DNA from: Epiperipatus broadwayi | Taxonomy: Eukaryota > Animalia > Onychophora | Length of the DNA: 64,000 nucleotides | Direction: 5' to 3' | Assembly (NCBI GenBank): GCA_028023455.1 | Contig: JAQFVV010000002.1 | Coordinates: 30,442,001 to 30,506,000, forward strand | Shown: piece by piece, positions 13,306 through 26,060 of the stretch | Layout: each line of letters starts with the position of its first letter | Position numbering within the stretch: the stretch's first letter is position 1 | Position numbers and translations under genes: made by a program | The notes under the pieces: generated by a model | Told to the model about the DNA's origin: nothing | Seen by the model: the letters and a program-made list of their open reading frames with translations, nothing else | Databases searched by the model: none

Positions 13306-14609
13306 ACCACCATCATCACAAACCTTCAGGAAAACACAGACTTCAATAATGTTTATTAATTTTTTGTTAAAAAAAAAAAATCACATAATACAAAAACATG
13401 TTTTGCTTATAATTCCTACGGAGAAAACTTTCTATTCATAATAACATCATTTCAGACATGATGAAACACATAGTTCTTTGATAAAATGTTTTAACTGTTT
13501 ACCTTTGGCAGTGAGCTAAGAAATGGGCATTCTACATTATTAATGATTTCCAGGCCATAGCACTCAAAATCGCAGATTTCATTTCCTTTAAATGACATAG
13601 GTAATATGTGAACAGCATAGTTATGTAGTAATCATGCATAATTGCTATGCAAGTGCTTATGCACTGAAGTCATGATAATACTGGATGTATTGTTTGCAAC
13701 AATTCATGCTTTTATATCATTTTTAAGTTTTTTTTAATTTTGAATTCCTAAAAATAATAGCCCTTGCCTACATAAATTAAAGTCGATTCATCACTGAGAA
13801 AGGTCACTCTTTCCTGGTTTAGGTAATTTTCTAGTTTTTTCCAATAAAAATAACAATAACAATTAGTTATTCAGATAGTTGTGATGCTTACATTCTGATG
13901 TCTTAAGGAGTTTTTTTATTATGAGTACGGAGATTCAGAAATTTTTACGATTTAAGTCAACTACTCATCCTCGAGATAAACCGTGGACTAAATTAAAGTA
14001 GCAATAGAAGTCTGTGTTTTTGAAATATTTCTGGAAGAAATTGTCTCCACTCATGTAATCATAATTCTGAATTACTTCATTTCCAAACCTGACCTCCATA
14101 GAAAAACATTAGTATAAGTTTAGAAAGTCTTCATTTTGATGCTTTAGAGATGAGTTTTGGATTTTACATTATTTCTGATCTGCGAATGTTATAGATTTAC
14201 TTATATAATGCTAATTACACTTGAATGAATCAGTTGTAGAAGCATAAGAAAGAAAATAAATTGACAGATTTCAGTAATCTTGACTATGAAATTAAAAAAC
14301 GCAAAACTAATGTAATTGAAGTATACTGATTACAGGAGAAGCAGCTATTTAAATAAGGTAAATATAAAAAGAAACAAAGCCAAAAGTGAACTGTAAACAT
14401 ATGTTTAAAAAAAAAATAGAATTCAGAAATGACGTGTAGCGGAGAATACATATGAAACTTCACAAAGTAATATTATTAAACGGAATAAATTAAACTTGAT
14501 GAATAACGTTATGAATAAATATTCTACCTAGTGGAAACAATGAAATAATAAATCCATGAAGCATTTTTATAATGAAATGAATTTAGAAAAAAGAAGTTAT
14601 TCTATTAGT

Positions 14610-14770
14610 TGCAATTTTACAACATGTAATGGATGGAAAAACTTCAAAAGAGATCACATGTGAGATGGATGGATGAAATAAGGAAGTGTGCAGGGGTGAT
14701 GTGGAAGAGAGAAGTTGGATTGAACTTGGACAGCAGTGGATTGATAATGATTGAAAATGATGTTGAATAG
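14610..14770 (+). mobile_element. RTE LINE 3' fragment
   Basis: cacatgtgagatggatggatgaaataagg..gcagtggattgataatg matches 48275-48400. Confidence 0.8.
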
Positions 14771-15719
14771 AAGTGACAGTCATCGGTCCCCCATCCCCCT
14801 CTCTGATTACAAAATCTTTGGAAGAGTCATTTTATTATTATAGAATTGTATATAAACGTTATTGGCAAGCAATGAAATATACTTTTGGGGAAAAAAATAA
14901 GTTGGGATTTAAAAACTGAATAAACTTCAAAAAGATTTTATTAGACAGAATGAGAGAAAATTTAATTATGGAGAATAATAAAATGTATTTTTATTTCCCT
15001 GGGGAAAGGAGAGAATGAACAATCAGAAAAATAAATTTCTTAAAGGTATAAAGAAAATGTACAAAATATATAATCGAAATTGAATAATATATATCAATAT
15101 GTCTAACGAAGTTATAAAAAGACAAGAAAATTGGAGTAAATTAATCAAGAAATTAAGAGATCTTAAATGACAAAGAATCAAAACTACAACAACAAAACAA
15201 AATCTAAGCTAATAAAATTGCTTCAAAATCAAAAAGAAAAATATAAAAATAAATCAAATTACATTGTATATAGAAAAAGCAAATAATTCAAGAAATATTA
15301 TTAGTAAATTAATTAGTAATAAGAAATATATTTTGGCAAGAAGAATTTAAGTCTGTTTTTTTTTAAAGAATAATATTACTGTATTATTGTTTATTTATTT
15401 TAAGCAATGTTTTATTATAAACAAACTAAAAAGATATAGTTGTGAGTTTTATATACAAGAGTAGGAGTTAAGTACACTAATAATGTTTAAAACTATTAGA
15501 CCTTTTCAAAAAATTGTAAAAAAAAACAAAGAAGAAACATATATCACTGAATACCATACATAAATTAAACACTACATAACAAAGTTAAATATAATGTTTT
15601 ATTATTTTTAAGTAATAAATTTCAAAAATATGCATTGTACAATTAGCAAAATATTTTTTAAAGGTAAAGGCGATATAGATTTACTTATGAGATTTCACAA
15701 TTAAGCTCACAAACTCAAC

Positions 15720-17440
15720 TTAGAATTGCTATATACCTCATTGACAAATTCATCTTGGGAAATATCAGTGCCTAATCCACCCTTCAAAAAAAATTTTGGA
15801 CCTCTTCTTCTATCAGAGTTGTCATCAGATGTTCTGAATGTCATCAAAATGTCTTCCTTTCAATATTTTCCTTATCTTCAGACAAAGAAAAGTCATTCGG
15901 GTCCAGATGAGATAAATAGGGATGTTCCTATACAGTTGTTATAGTGTTTGTAAAATATGTACACTGAAATTCAATAATAAGTCCAGAAAAAGTAAGGAAA
16001 ATATATTAGGGAAATATATTTTTTTTAGATCGCTAACTGATAAGGTTTTAATTAATGATTAAAACTTGCGCAAAATGTAACAACAGAAAATATTTATGTA
16101 TTTGTAATAAGAAAATTGCATTCGGTAAATACCAAGAAATATTTGCTAATTACAAATATTTCCTTGATTCAATAGAAGTTGACTTTACTAGTTAAAAATG
16201 CAAAAAAGAAAACAAAACTGATAACAATCAAGGATGAACCCTGGATTGCCGGAGGCCAAATTGGGGGATGAATAGCGAGTGCTGCACAGTGTGGTGGTCT
16301 TATTCCAATGAATTTACCAAGTGAACTGGTGGTAAGAGATTTTAACAGACAGTAGCTGTAAGAAGCTTAAATGACAGTGCAGCACTGCAGTATGAAGCCA
16401 ACATGATCGTAAAAAGCAACTGAATAAAGCCAAAGAACTCAGTTAGTTTGAGGAGCGGAACCTAAATGTGTTTGGAAACTAATGCCAAGGGAAATTGTCC
16501 CGCAAGCAGCAAGCTGTATGTGCGTCAGAGGAATTAAACCATAAGTGAATTATATATACTGTGTTGGAGGGTGTCAATAACTCTTTGCTATTAATAACAT
16601 TTCATCATTATTCCAGTCCGTATCAAAATTTATTATTTATTGATTTATTTGTTAGTATTCTGAGTGCCTGCATTCAATGCATTGTCATGATGTAAGAACC
16701 ATAAATTGTTGGTGAAAAGCTCGGTCATTTCCATCTAAACTTTTTATGCAACCTTTTTAGCACTTGGTTAACTGTTTTCCGGGTAAATTTGTAATGAAAA
16801 ATCCTTCGATATCAAAGAAATTTAACAACATCATTCATTTTGACTCTTGATTTGCACTGATAAAACTTTCTTGATAATAGAGAATTGGCTGACTTCCATT
16901 GTGCATGTTGATACTTTGTTTAGGATTGTATTGGTGCACTTGTTTCATCACTGGTGATAACATGGCCCAAAATACCATCTTGCATTCCAAAAGGACTTTC
17001 ATAAATACTGACTCTCCTTTGCTTTTCTTCCTCAGTAAGCACTTTTGGGACCATTTAAGCACACATTTTCTCATGCCAAGATTTTCATTTAAAATTTTCC
17101 TGTTTCTCTAAGGATGTTCCCTTGCTCTGCTATGCTTCTTGGTCATCTGATGATTTTGAGGAAATGTTTTTGTTAGTTCTGCTCATAACTGACCACTCCG
17201 ATCTAACTTCATCAGTGATGTTTTCTGTCCCCTCAGATCAATGTTTAATCTATTTAGTACACAGCGATTTTCTTCATGCATTATCCCTATAAATTTAGAC
17301 TAATATGTCCCCGATTTCATTTCCGCTCTTACCAAATTTAACAAGAAATTTAATGTTTATATCAAAAACAAGCAGCAATAATGAACACTACTCAATAAGA
17401 GCTTGCCACATAACCAAGATTACGAAACTTTACCAGGTAG
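15720..17440 (-). mobile_element. Degraded mariner (DD34D-type) element interrupted by ~0.6 kb of unrelated sequence (~15960-16600)
   Basis: Minus-strand motifs: VKFC..LG-like (~17420), ITGDET (~16950), LHHDNA (~16700), DPNDF..ILKGRHFDDIQ and FEGWIR (~15760-15910). Confidence 0.8.
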
Positions 17441-17454
17441 ATGTGATGTGGTGT

Positions 17455-18080
17455 TTTTTTGCCTCCCCTTCACCCAATCAAAAAAATCTCGGCGAATCAT
17501 CCCCCAAAAAACCTGCTGGCCTCTTCTTTTTCTTTCCCCCCCCCCTCTTTTTTTTTTTCTTCTCTCCCCCCCCTCTCCCCCATATATTTTTTTCTCTTCT
17601 GTCTTTTTTATCTCTATCTCCCCTCCCCTTCCCCTCCCCCCAACAAAACAAAAAACTCCCCTTCTTCTTTATCACCTTTTTCTTTATTTTTTTTTTTTTT
17701 CTTTATTTTTTATTCCTTTTTTTTTTTTCTTTCTTTCATTTTACATTCAAATACCAAATACTTTCTCTTCCTTCTTTCTTTTATTTATAAAATAAATAAA
17801 CCCTACCTTTTTTCTTTCATTTTTTTTTTTTTTTTTTTTTTTTTTCCGTCCGTTAATTATTAAAAAAGAAAAAAAAATAAAAACTCCCCCTCCTTTTATA
17901 TTTTTTTTTTTTTTTTTTTATATATATAAAATATATAATAATAAATAAAAAAAAAAAAAAAAAAAAAACAAAATTTTATTCTCAAAAATATATTTTAAAA
18001 TTAAAGAAAAAAAAGAAAAAAGAAAAGGAAGAGGTGAGATTGTTGTAGAAGGAAGAATATTTTTTTTTTTTTTTTTGTTT
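17455..18080. other. Homopolymer-rich low-complexity tract, probable sequencing or assembly artefact
   Basis: Aperiodic poly-C, poly-T and poly-A runs; the ORFs called here are F/P/K-rich nonsense. Confidence 0.6.
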
Positions 18081-18671
18081 GTACAGTGCTGCCAAAATAA
18101 GTGCCTGGTGGCAAGTTCGATAACTTAAGGGTTATACCTTGTATACATGTGAAAGTATCCTTCACTGTATATAAAGTATTTACATTCGGCAAATACTGAA
18201 AAAATGCAGAAAGTTCTTGTATCAAAACGGACAAAAGAAAATACCAAAAAATGGGAATGGAAACAAACAAACAACAAAACAATACAAATGAAAATAAATT
18301 CAGAATTAATTATATGTTACATATGTCAAATAGAGAACTGAATGTTTTTAAAAATGTTTTCTATTAACAATGCTGCAGGTTTGGATGAAATTAAACAAAT
18401 CAAAGATTCTAAATGTCTGGAATCAATGACTCTGAAGCCCGGCTTGGATTAATACAATGGTTGAATGTCAGCCTGAATTGCGAGAACCTTGGATCAATTC
18501 CAATTCTACTATTTCTGCCACTGAAGGAATAAAGCCTTTTGGATATTTTTTAATAACTTTTATAATTAAACCAGTTTTACTTTTACTAAACAATATAACA
18601 TTTTAACAAACTGCAAGAAAAAATAATTTAATTTTATAAGTCTTTTCATAACTGAACAATGAAAACTATCA

Positions 18672-18750
18672 ATTAAGCCAATAAACATCACATGATCACC
18701 ATTTTTCTTGTGCTTGCTTATATACGTATAGAGAGTTTTGCCTGTTTTTT
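18672..18750 (-). mobile_element. Family A 3' tip with a short inverted segment
   Basis: aagccaataaacatcacatgatcaccattt..gcttgcttata followed by gagagttttgcctgtttt (opposite orientation). Confidence 0.7.
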
Positions 18751-19560
18751 AAAACTAACGATTCCCAGCATAATCTGTTTCTGCCTAGTTCTTAAGTTCA
18801 AATCATGATAACCCAATCTAATCTTTACATTGTACTATCAAACTACTTTTTCCTGGCCCAGATCATATATGCCCTCAGTCTTAATCTTGTATCAATTTTT
18901 GCATTTCATATTGGGTCTTCTTAACAAAAGAGCTAAGTTCCAATTTTATTTATCCTCTTCTTCGTGCTTTTTTAAGTGGTAAGTTGAAGAATTCAAGAAT
19001 AAAAGGTTCCTAGATTGCAGCATAACCTCTCCCTTTGAGTACTCAAATGTCACAAAACCTATCAAATGATTAACTATGTGATTTTATTATTATTATTATC
19101 CACATATTCAATACCTCATTTTTTTAAAAAATATCTCATGTTTCACATAGAACAGATCTTCAGACCTGGATTTGCTTTACTTCCGCCCCTAAATAGAAAT
19201 TATTATTACCTCCCCTCTCATTAGCGATATATACAAAATATTAATGATAAATAAAAAAAGATGTAGAAAAATTGTAAGTAGCTATGCTTGTAACATGACA
19301 AATTCTACAATATCTCCGATACAAAAACTTGAATATACTTAGTTTGTTTCTTCCTTTTTTATTCAACCACAAGTATTTATGATATTGGTGTAGTCAATAT
19401 AAGATACAATAATCACAATTGTTCAATCTTTTTGATCATGCAAACTTCTTGCTTTAATAGAGCAACTTACAATCTACTTACATATCTAGGAAAAAACGGT
19501 TAGAATCTGAATTCAGTTTATTAAAACACATCAAAATGTGAATGGAGATAATATTAAGGG

Positions 19561-20045
19561 TTACTGTATGGAGAGTTTTGCCTGTTTAATAACAGTTATG
19601 AGCAAGCATAAGAAATGGTGATCATGTGATATTCAGTGGTTTAATACCAATCCAACCCAATAGGATAGTGGTGGCTATGGTTGTTAAAGAATCAAAGATA
19701 CCAAAATGTATAGGTATTGAACTGAGTTCAGACCTATATGACTATATAAGCTAATGAGCTTAGATTGAAAATATTATTGTGTTTTCAATTTGATTCTCAT
19801 AGTTCTGCAGTTAAGTAGAGATAAAAGGGTGGCTGCTGGAGGGTTGCATTAGATCCTAAGATCTAGGTGCAGTGCTCTCAGATCCAAAGCTCCTCAATGA
19901 CAAAGGCCACAAGCCAGAAACTAGTCTGGGGATATTGGATGAAGAGGCATTAGATAGGGATTTTATGCACATGCCTTCTGGCATCCACTGATTACTCTGG
20001 CATGCACTGAGTGGCACTACTGTATGGAGAGTTTTACCTGTTTAA
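19561..20045 (+). mobile_element. Family A, one full circularly permuted monomer (~456 bp) with terminal direct repeat
   Basis: actgtatggagagttttRcctgttt at 19563 and 20019; decayed HHR TCCTCA-ATGACAA-AGGC-CACAA-GCCA-GAAA-CTAG-TC-TGGGGA at 19891-19932. Confidence 0.85.
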
Positions 20046-22529
20046 TTTTTAATTTTGTAGGCTTACAAATAGCTAAGTTTCTTTACACAGCTTTAAAAAA
20101 TTTAATTCCTTAATATTTATGACAGGATAAAATATTTAAAATTTAATTCAAAATTATAAAAATTTAACAATGCGAAAATGATAAAAAATTTGAATAGATA
20201 AAAAAATTTCCCATAAATAACGCTAGCACCCAATTATATTCTTGCTTTCTAGTGGCTTTTGCACAATATTCTGAACTCTATATAGGTGAGTTTCTTTACT
20301 CAATCTTCAAAAAAAATTAATTATTTAATATTTACAAGAGAACATATTTGAATTTATTTATACTTATAAAAAATTAACTATGGGAATTGATAAAAAATTT
20401 AAATTGATAAATTTTACAATAAATAACATTATCATCGAACTGTATTCTTGTTATCTGGCATCTTTCATTAGCCGCCTATATTCCAATTTTTATTAATTAA
20501 ATAAATTTTGAATTAAAGTAATACAATTCGCTTAAAAATTATTGTCATGATCTATATCCTGCACAATGGCAAACAGTAACAACTAACATGATGTTACTTC
20601 TTCAATTTCTTTGATTTTAAACAATTCATATTATAATTTCATGGTTTTAACTAATCCATATTTATTTCATGCCCGGAAATTGACTATTTTAGAGGAATGA
20701 AAAATGTCTCAAGATCGAGACTGATGAAACATTACTAAAATAAAATATTAATAACGTAATAAAACAAATATTAAAGAATAAATTTAACAATGAGATTTTT
20801 GCTGTATCTAACCATTATAGCCAGTTTTTGTGAAATCACAATTCCATGTACGAAAATTCTGATTATGTTAAATGTGTAGAATCGAAATGATTGAGAAAAA
20901 AAAGATCTATCAAAAATGCACTGCCAATGACTGACGACTATGATTGATTATTTTGAGCATCCCTGCGAAAGATATATCACAAAATAATACTGCCTAGCAA
21001 ACCTTAATGAGAACCAATTTTTGTGATGTTCATATTTTCCTGAAATTCAATTTACTGATATATAATAATAAAATCAACAGGGTCTCATAGAAGAATAACA
21101 GAATATCCATTTCCATGCAGAAAACCTTGAATTCTAATCCGGGCCAAGTAGATTTAAAAATTTTCAATTCAATAGACGGGATTTTTCTTTGAGGTGGTTG
21201 GCCTATAGGTAACCGAGATAATTAGTTAGTAAACAAACATCTAGTTATTCTTAGATAGAAGTTAAAGTAAGAATAGAAAATTCAAATCCTTACTATCTAT
21301 CAATTGGAAAAGCCTATGCCCTACAATGGGCTACAGAAAATCGGTTTTATGTAATATAATAAAAAATGAATTCTTATTTATTAATGAAATTTCAAATGTC
21401 TCATTTTGTTGGTGCTCCTAAATAATTGTCTAGATTCACCTCAGCTTATATTCAACTCTGTCTTACTCTCAAAATTTTATTCCTTATTATACTAATCAAA
21501 AATTTGGGAATTTTTTACCCACTTCTTTGTCCATTCCAATTTTTCCCTTTTTGATCCTTATTGTTTGACTTTCCCTTTTTGATCATTATTTTGTTTGCTA
21601 AAAAAATTATTATATTGTATTTTCATTTCTTCACATTTTTATTCATTTTCTTTCTAAAAATGCCCAAAGTCACTATGGAAAATAGCAGATCCCAAGTTTG
21701 TGTTAATTAATATAAAAAACATATGTAAATAAGTACAAAAATGTCACTGATATTTTTTTATTATTATAAAAATAAAGAGTGAAACATAAAACTAGTATGA
21801 TATTTGACATTGTATTTGAGAAACTAATATATCAATATCTGGTTTGAAGAAGTAGTTGAATTTCTTTGCGAGATCCCAAGATGCTCAGAAGGTATTTTGA
21901 TTCTAATTTTACTCTTAAACCTATTTTAATTCTTGACAATAGTTGCTTGTAAATGAAGATGTTACCAAAAAATTGATGACATGATTGCGAAGGAAGAAAA
22001 TTTGATTCTGGAAAGACAGAATCTATAAAAATCCAAAAAAAAAAAAAACAAGATCATATTTTCCTTTAAATTGAATGTCAGCTTACAACTCTATGCATTC
22101 CATTTGAAAATTGGCAGGTAATATATTTATGTTGACTACAAATGGAGTTGCAAATATAGCAAAATATTATTTTTCTTGAAATCTTAAAATCTGATTTCAA
22201 ATCTTTATATCAAATTGAAAAGCAAGGCTGCATTTTTTAATTACCATGCATCGAAATGCATGCATATAAACAGCAAGAATGTGTTTCTTTTATTTTAATC
22301 ACATTGCAACACGTAATTACAAAAAAACTCATGTTTTAAGTTTATAATTTTGTGTTGGGCCCCATTCATGGTCATCCTGGGATACATGCATCCAACGGGC
22401 CAGGAATTGGACACTCACCTTATATTAATAATGCTAAATTACTATAATGGTCAAATATCCCATATAATTTATTTCTCCATAATGATGTCACAAATACATA
22501 AATAAATAGTCAATCATAACAAGATTGAA

Positions 22530-22702
22530 ATAAATTATTGTACAAGTATAAAATGTGACAACTAGAGTAGTTCCGTTCCAATATATCGCTATAGTTCTGG
22601 TACATAGTACCGAAAGCGCTTGGCAAAATTGTATTAGTGGTTAATACTTTTTTAATTTTTTTCTATTCTGGTTGTCACATTTTATACATGTACGATAATT
22701 TA
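22530..22702. mobile_element. Small foldback with the 3' half of an HHR in the spacer
   Basis: Arms ~22532-22570 and ~22663-22701; GGTAC-ATA-GTACC-GAAA-GCGC-T at 22599-22620; 5' core not recognisable. Confidence 0.6.
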
Positions 22703-22736
22703 CATTGTTTGACGGAGTTATTGTGTTATTAATTGA

Positions 22737-22948
22737 AGATTGAAATAAACAACTATTAATAACTATATTATATTTATCGAACCGGCTTTCATCTCCATTG
22801 AAACCTTCTCAAGATATTATATTATAATTATAGTATATTATATTATAGTATATTATAGTATAATATCTTGAGAAGGTCTCAATGGCGATGAAAGCCAGTT
22901 TAATAAATATTATAATATAATTATTAATAATTGTTTATTTCAATCTTG
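22737..22948. mobile_element. Foldback whose arms carry a U3:A8 variant HHR-like motif
   Basis: Arms ~22737-22820 and ~22860-22948; two-arm consensus ATC-TTGAGAA-G-GTCTC-AATG-GAGAT-GAAA-GCCGG-TT-C-GAT. Confidence 0.65.
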
Positions 22949-24129
22949 TTTTGATCGATTATTTTTTTTAATAATGCTAAATCTTGGATGTCACCAATAT
23001 TCAAACTATACACATTAGTTAGTATTCTTTTAAGATTTAGTTTTATAAGTAAGTATATATATATAAGAAACTAATTACAGTTAGCGAATGATTAATTTGA
23101 AAAAATTAAATAAATCATTAAAAGATTAAGACATCTATTCAAATTAATATTTGTAAATTAAATAAATTATAACTTATATTTAAAAAAGTTCCATAAACAC
23201 AAAACAATAATATTTCTGTATACGAATATTAAATAAAAGATATAAAATATTTTTGCTATCAAATTACTGAATGACATAATAAAAAACTAAAAATACTTAT
23301 TCTAAAATACATTGATTTATGTGTGATAGAAAAGAAATGAGTATTTATATCAATTTTATATATGGGAACATATTAAAAAATAAAAAACTGAAAACATATT
23401 CACCAATCAAGAGTCAGATAATATATATGAAAAGCTGTATAATTTGTAAAACCATTTATTACTTAAATATAAACGTAAATGCAAGAAATATTCAAATACT
23501 AATTCAACTATATACACTTCAATTTTTTAAAATTATATATTTTTTTATCAACTTTATTTTCAAAAATTTCTTAATTAATGCAAATAGTATTAATTCATGG
23601 AAATGATATATTTTAAAATGTAATATTATATACACATATATAAGCAACTATTAATCCCATAACCATTTAAGTCAGTGTATTAGAAAGGTTCAATCTTTAC
23701 TATAACGCAGCCTACTTAAGACATACTAATATGGCACATATTTTCAAATAAAGGTATTATGTCACTTGTATTAAGAAATTTCGCAGTCTAATTTATATTA
23801 AAATAAAAAGCAAATCACTACGATCAAAATAAACCATTTATACTTACAAGAATGATAACGTTAAAATGTAAAAGTATTTTTAAATATTTTTATTTAACTT
23901 AGAAATTGTTCTTTTAACTGACTTTTAACATATTTTTAATGAATAAATTTTTTTCATATTTGTATGTGTTAGGTATCGACGATACTTCAATATTTCAGAG
24001 TGCCTACCCTAACAATGTTAGCAGGACAATTTTAAACTGCACTGATATCCGCTCAGTAAGTTATCAGTGATACACAATTTCTTTTGATTGTCTAATTAAA
24101 ACTAGGGTTTTTTTTAATGAAGCTGCCTT

Positions 24130-24540
24130 CATTAATTGTAAGGAAATCAAATCATATATCACGTGACTTAATTTAATAAGCTTGCATTACAAATGTTATA
24201 TAATGAGCGTGCCAATAGCTTTTAACAAGTTTTTCAGAATATCCTTATCCTCAGACCGCGATTTTATATTGCTAAAGCTATTAATATATGGTGTACCTAA
24301 ACTTAATTCAGTTACGTATGGCTTTTTAAGTTAGATACCTGGATTTGAAGACATAAGGATGTCTGAAATTTTCAGATTTTCTACTTAATAGTTAAACATT
24401 AGATAAAGTGGTTTAAATCTAATGCTTGAATATCCTAGTGCCTTACTGATGAAAAAGAACTAGAAATCAGTCTGAGGATAAGGATATTCTGAAAAGCTTG
24501 TTAAGAGATATTGGCATGCGCATTATATAATATATCTGCC
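24130..24540 (+). mobile_element. Family B copy with inverted 3' segment at its 5' end
   Basis: ~24180-24255 is the reverse complement of ~24470-24540, and 24140-24200 matches the reverse complement of 49820-49885; HHR CCTTA-CTGATGA-(decayed stem II)-GAAA-TCAG-TC-TGAGG at 24441-24478. Confidence 0.8.
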
Positions 24541-24899
24541 TTCATAAAGAAATAAATCTTGTAAACAATTTTTAATGCCTGAAAATTTCATTTCAAATAC
24601 TAAAAATACAGCAGCATTGTTTAGAAAATATCAGAATATTAAAAACCGCTTTTATTAAATATTTTTTTCTGTAGATTAAAAGTATAAAAAAATTTAAGTT
24701 GTAACGATATACAAGTTATTGGGTAGTTTTTTTTTAAACATAATTTGATTTAAACAGGATTATTATATTTTTTATGACTACAATTAATGAAAATATTTGT
24801 TCAAATAAGTAAATAGCAATAAATATTTTCATTTATTTGTTACCCTTTACTTCATGGCACACCTAAACTCTTATCATGACGTAACAGTTGGAAAGTAAT

Positions 24900-25150
24900 G
24901 CTGTAGAAAACTTAAACTCGGTAAATGTTCCTAAAGAGACAAGGTTTCATGCTAACCATCAAGAATATGCTCTTTGATTCTTGATAAACACTTTCTCTGC
25001 GCACATTCCGTCTTTTAAATGAAATTCAAAGACAACGTCCAGAATAGAATCATCATACCCAATTCAATAAACAAAAAATTCAATAAAGAATTTGTACAAT
25101 TCAAATCTCAAGTGAACATCTGGCTGTGTGCATTTAAGCTAAGTGTGGAT
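24900..25150 (-). mobile_element. Possible Penelope-like GIY-YIG remnant
   Basis: Frameshifted minus-strand VVFEF..GMC.QRKCLSRIKEH resembles the GIY-YIG ..R.L..RIKEH pattern; short and decayed. Confidence 0.35.
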
Positions 25151-25189
25151 CCCTTTAAACAAATATTGAAATTCTTTAAACCATTAATT

Positions 25190-26060
25190 GATTTTGTTGT
25201 TGCATTTTCCAGTATTTTCATTAAGTGAAACCATAGTAAGTATATTCTTTTTTTTATTATTCTTTCTTAAGTCATCCTCATCGTCAGTTATCTTCAAAAA
25301 TAAAGTCGCACAGACCAAACAAGTCCGTTTCCTGTTCTACTACTCAGTTATTTTCCGTTTTAATTTCATCAATGAATTTATTTCTTCCCATACACCTTTT
25401 CCTCATACTTTTTACAGCCCTTCTAACACATCTTTCACAATTCTTTTGTCTTTAAGTATATACCTAATCTAGTTTTTTTTTTTATTACTCCCTCAAAAAG
25501 AATTTTTTTTTTGCTTACACTTTTCAATATATAAATGATGATCTTATCTGCCCAATTTATCCATTCTGTTCTTCTCAAAATCTACATCTTGGAAGCCTCC
25601 AATTTTTTTCATCATTTTTTCTAAAGATTCTCTGTTTTTGTATCGCATAAAGTGATACTCCAAACAAAACATTTAACCATCTTCCTTCGATCTAATTTCA
25701 CTGCTTAAAACAACATCCTGCTCTCTTTAAGTCTATTTAGTCATTGCAGTTCTCATTCTATAATTTCCTTACTGCTTTTTCCATCATCAGTTATTCCTCC
25801 CAAATATTTAAAAACACCATCTTGCTCTATCTCATCATTTCTACTATTCTTTTGTTCTGTCTACCTATTTTCAATGCTTTAGCTTTATTAACCTTTATTT
25901 CCATCTCAAAATTTCTACAAATTTATTTTACATAACATTTTTCGGAGTTCAGCTTTGCTGTCTGCAATCATGCCATGACATCGGCAAATTGAATATAATT
26001 AAACCTTCTATGCCTAATATTGATTACACTCTTATTAAACCACCATTTATGTAAGTAGAT
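25190..26060 (-). mobile_element. Degraded LINE RT/3' remnant
   Basis: Minus-strand IQFAD(V)MA..ADSKAELRKML at ~25930-25995; downstream sequence resembles a LINE thumb region. Confidence 0.6.

Noticed and set aside
13770-14100. Tc1-like remnant (FLSDEST on minus)
   Set aside because: Single short motif without TIRs or further support.
17305-17863. Long ORFs of 130-161 aa
   Set aside because: Products of the low-complexity tract (F/P/L/K-rich) with no domain features.
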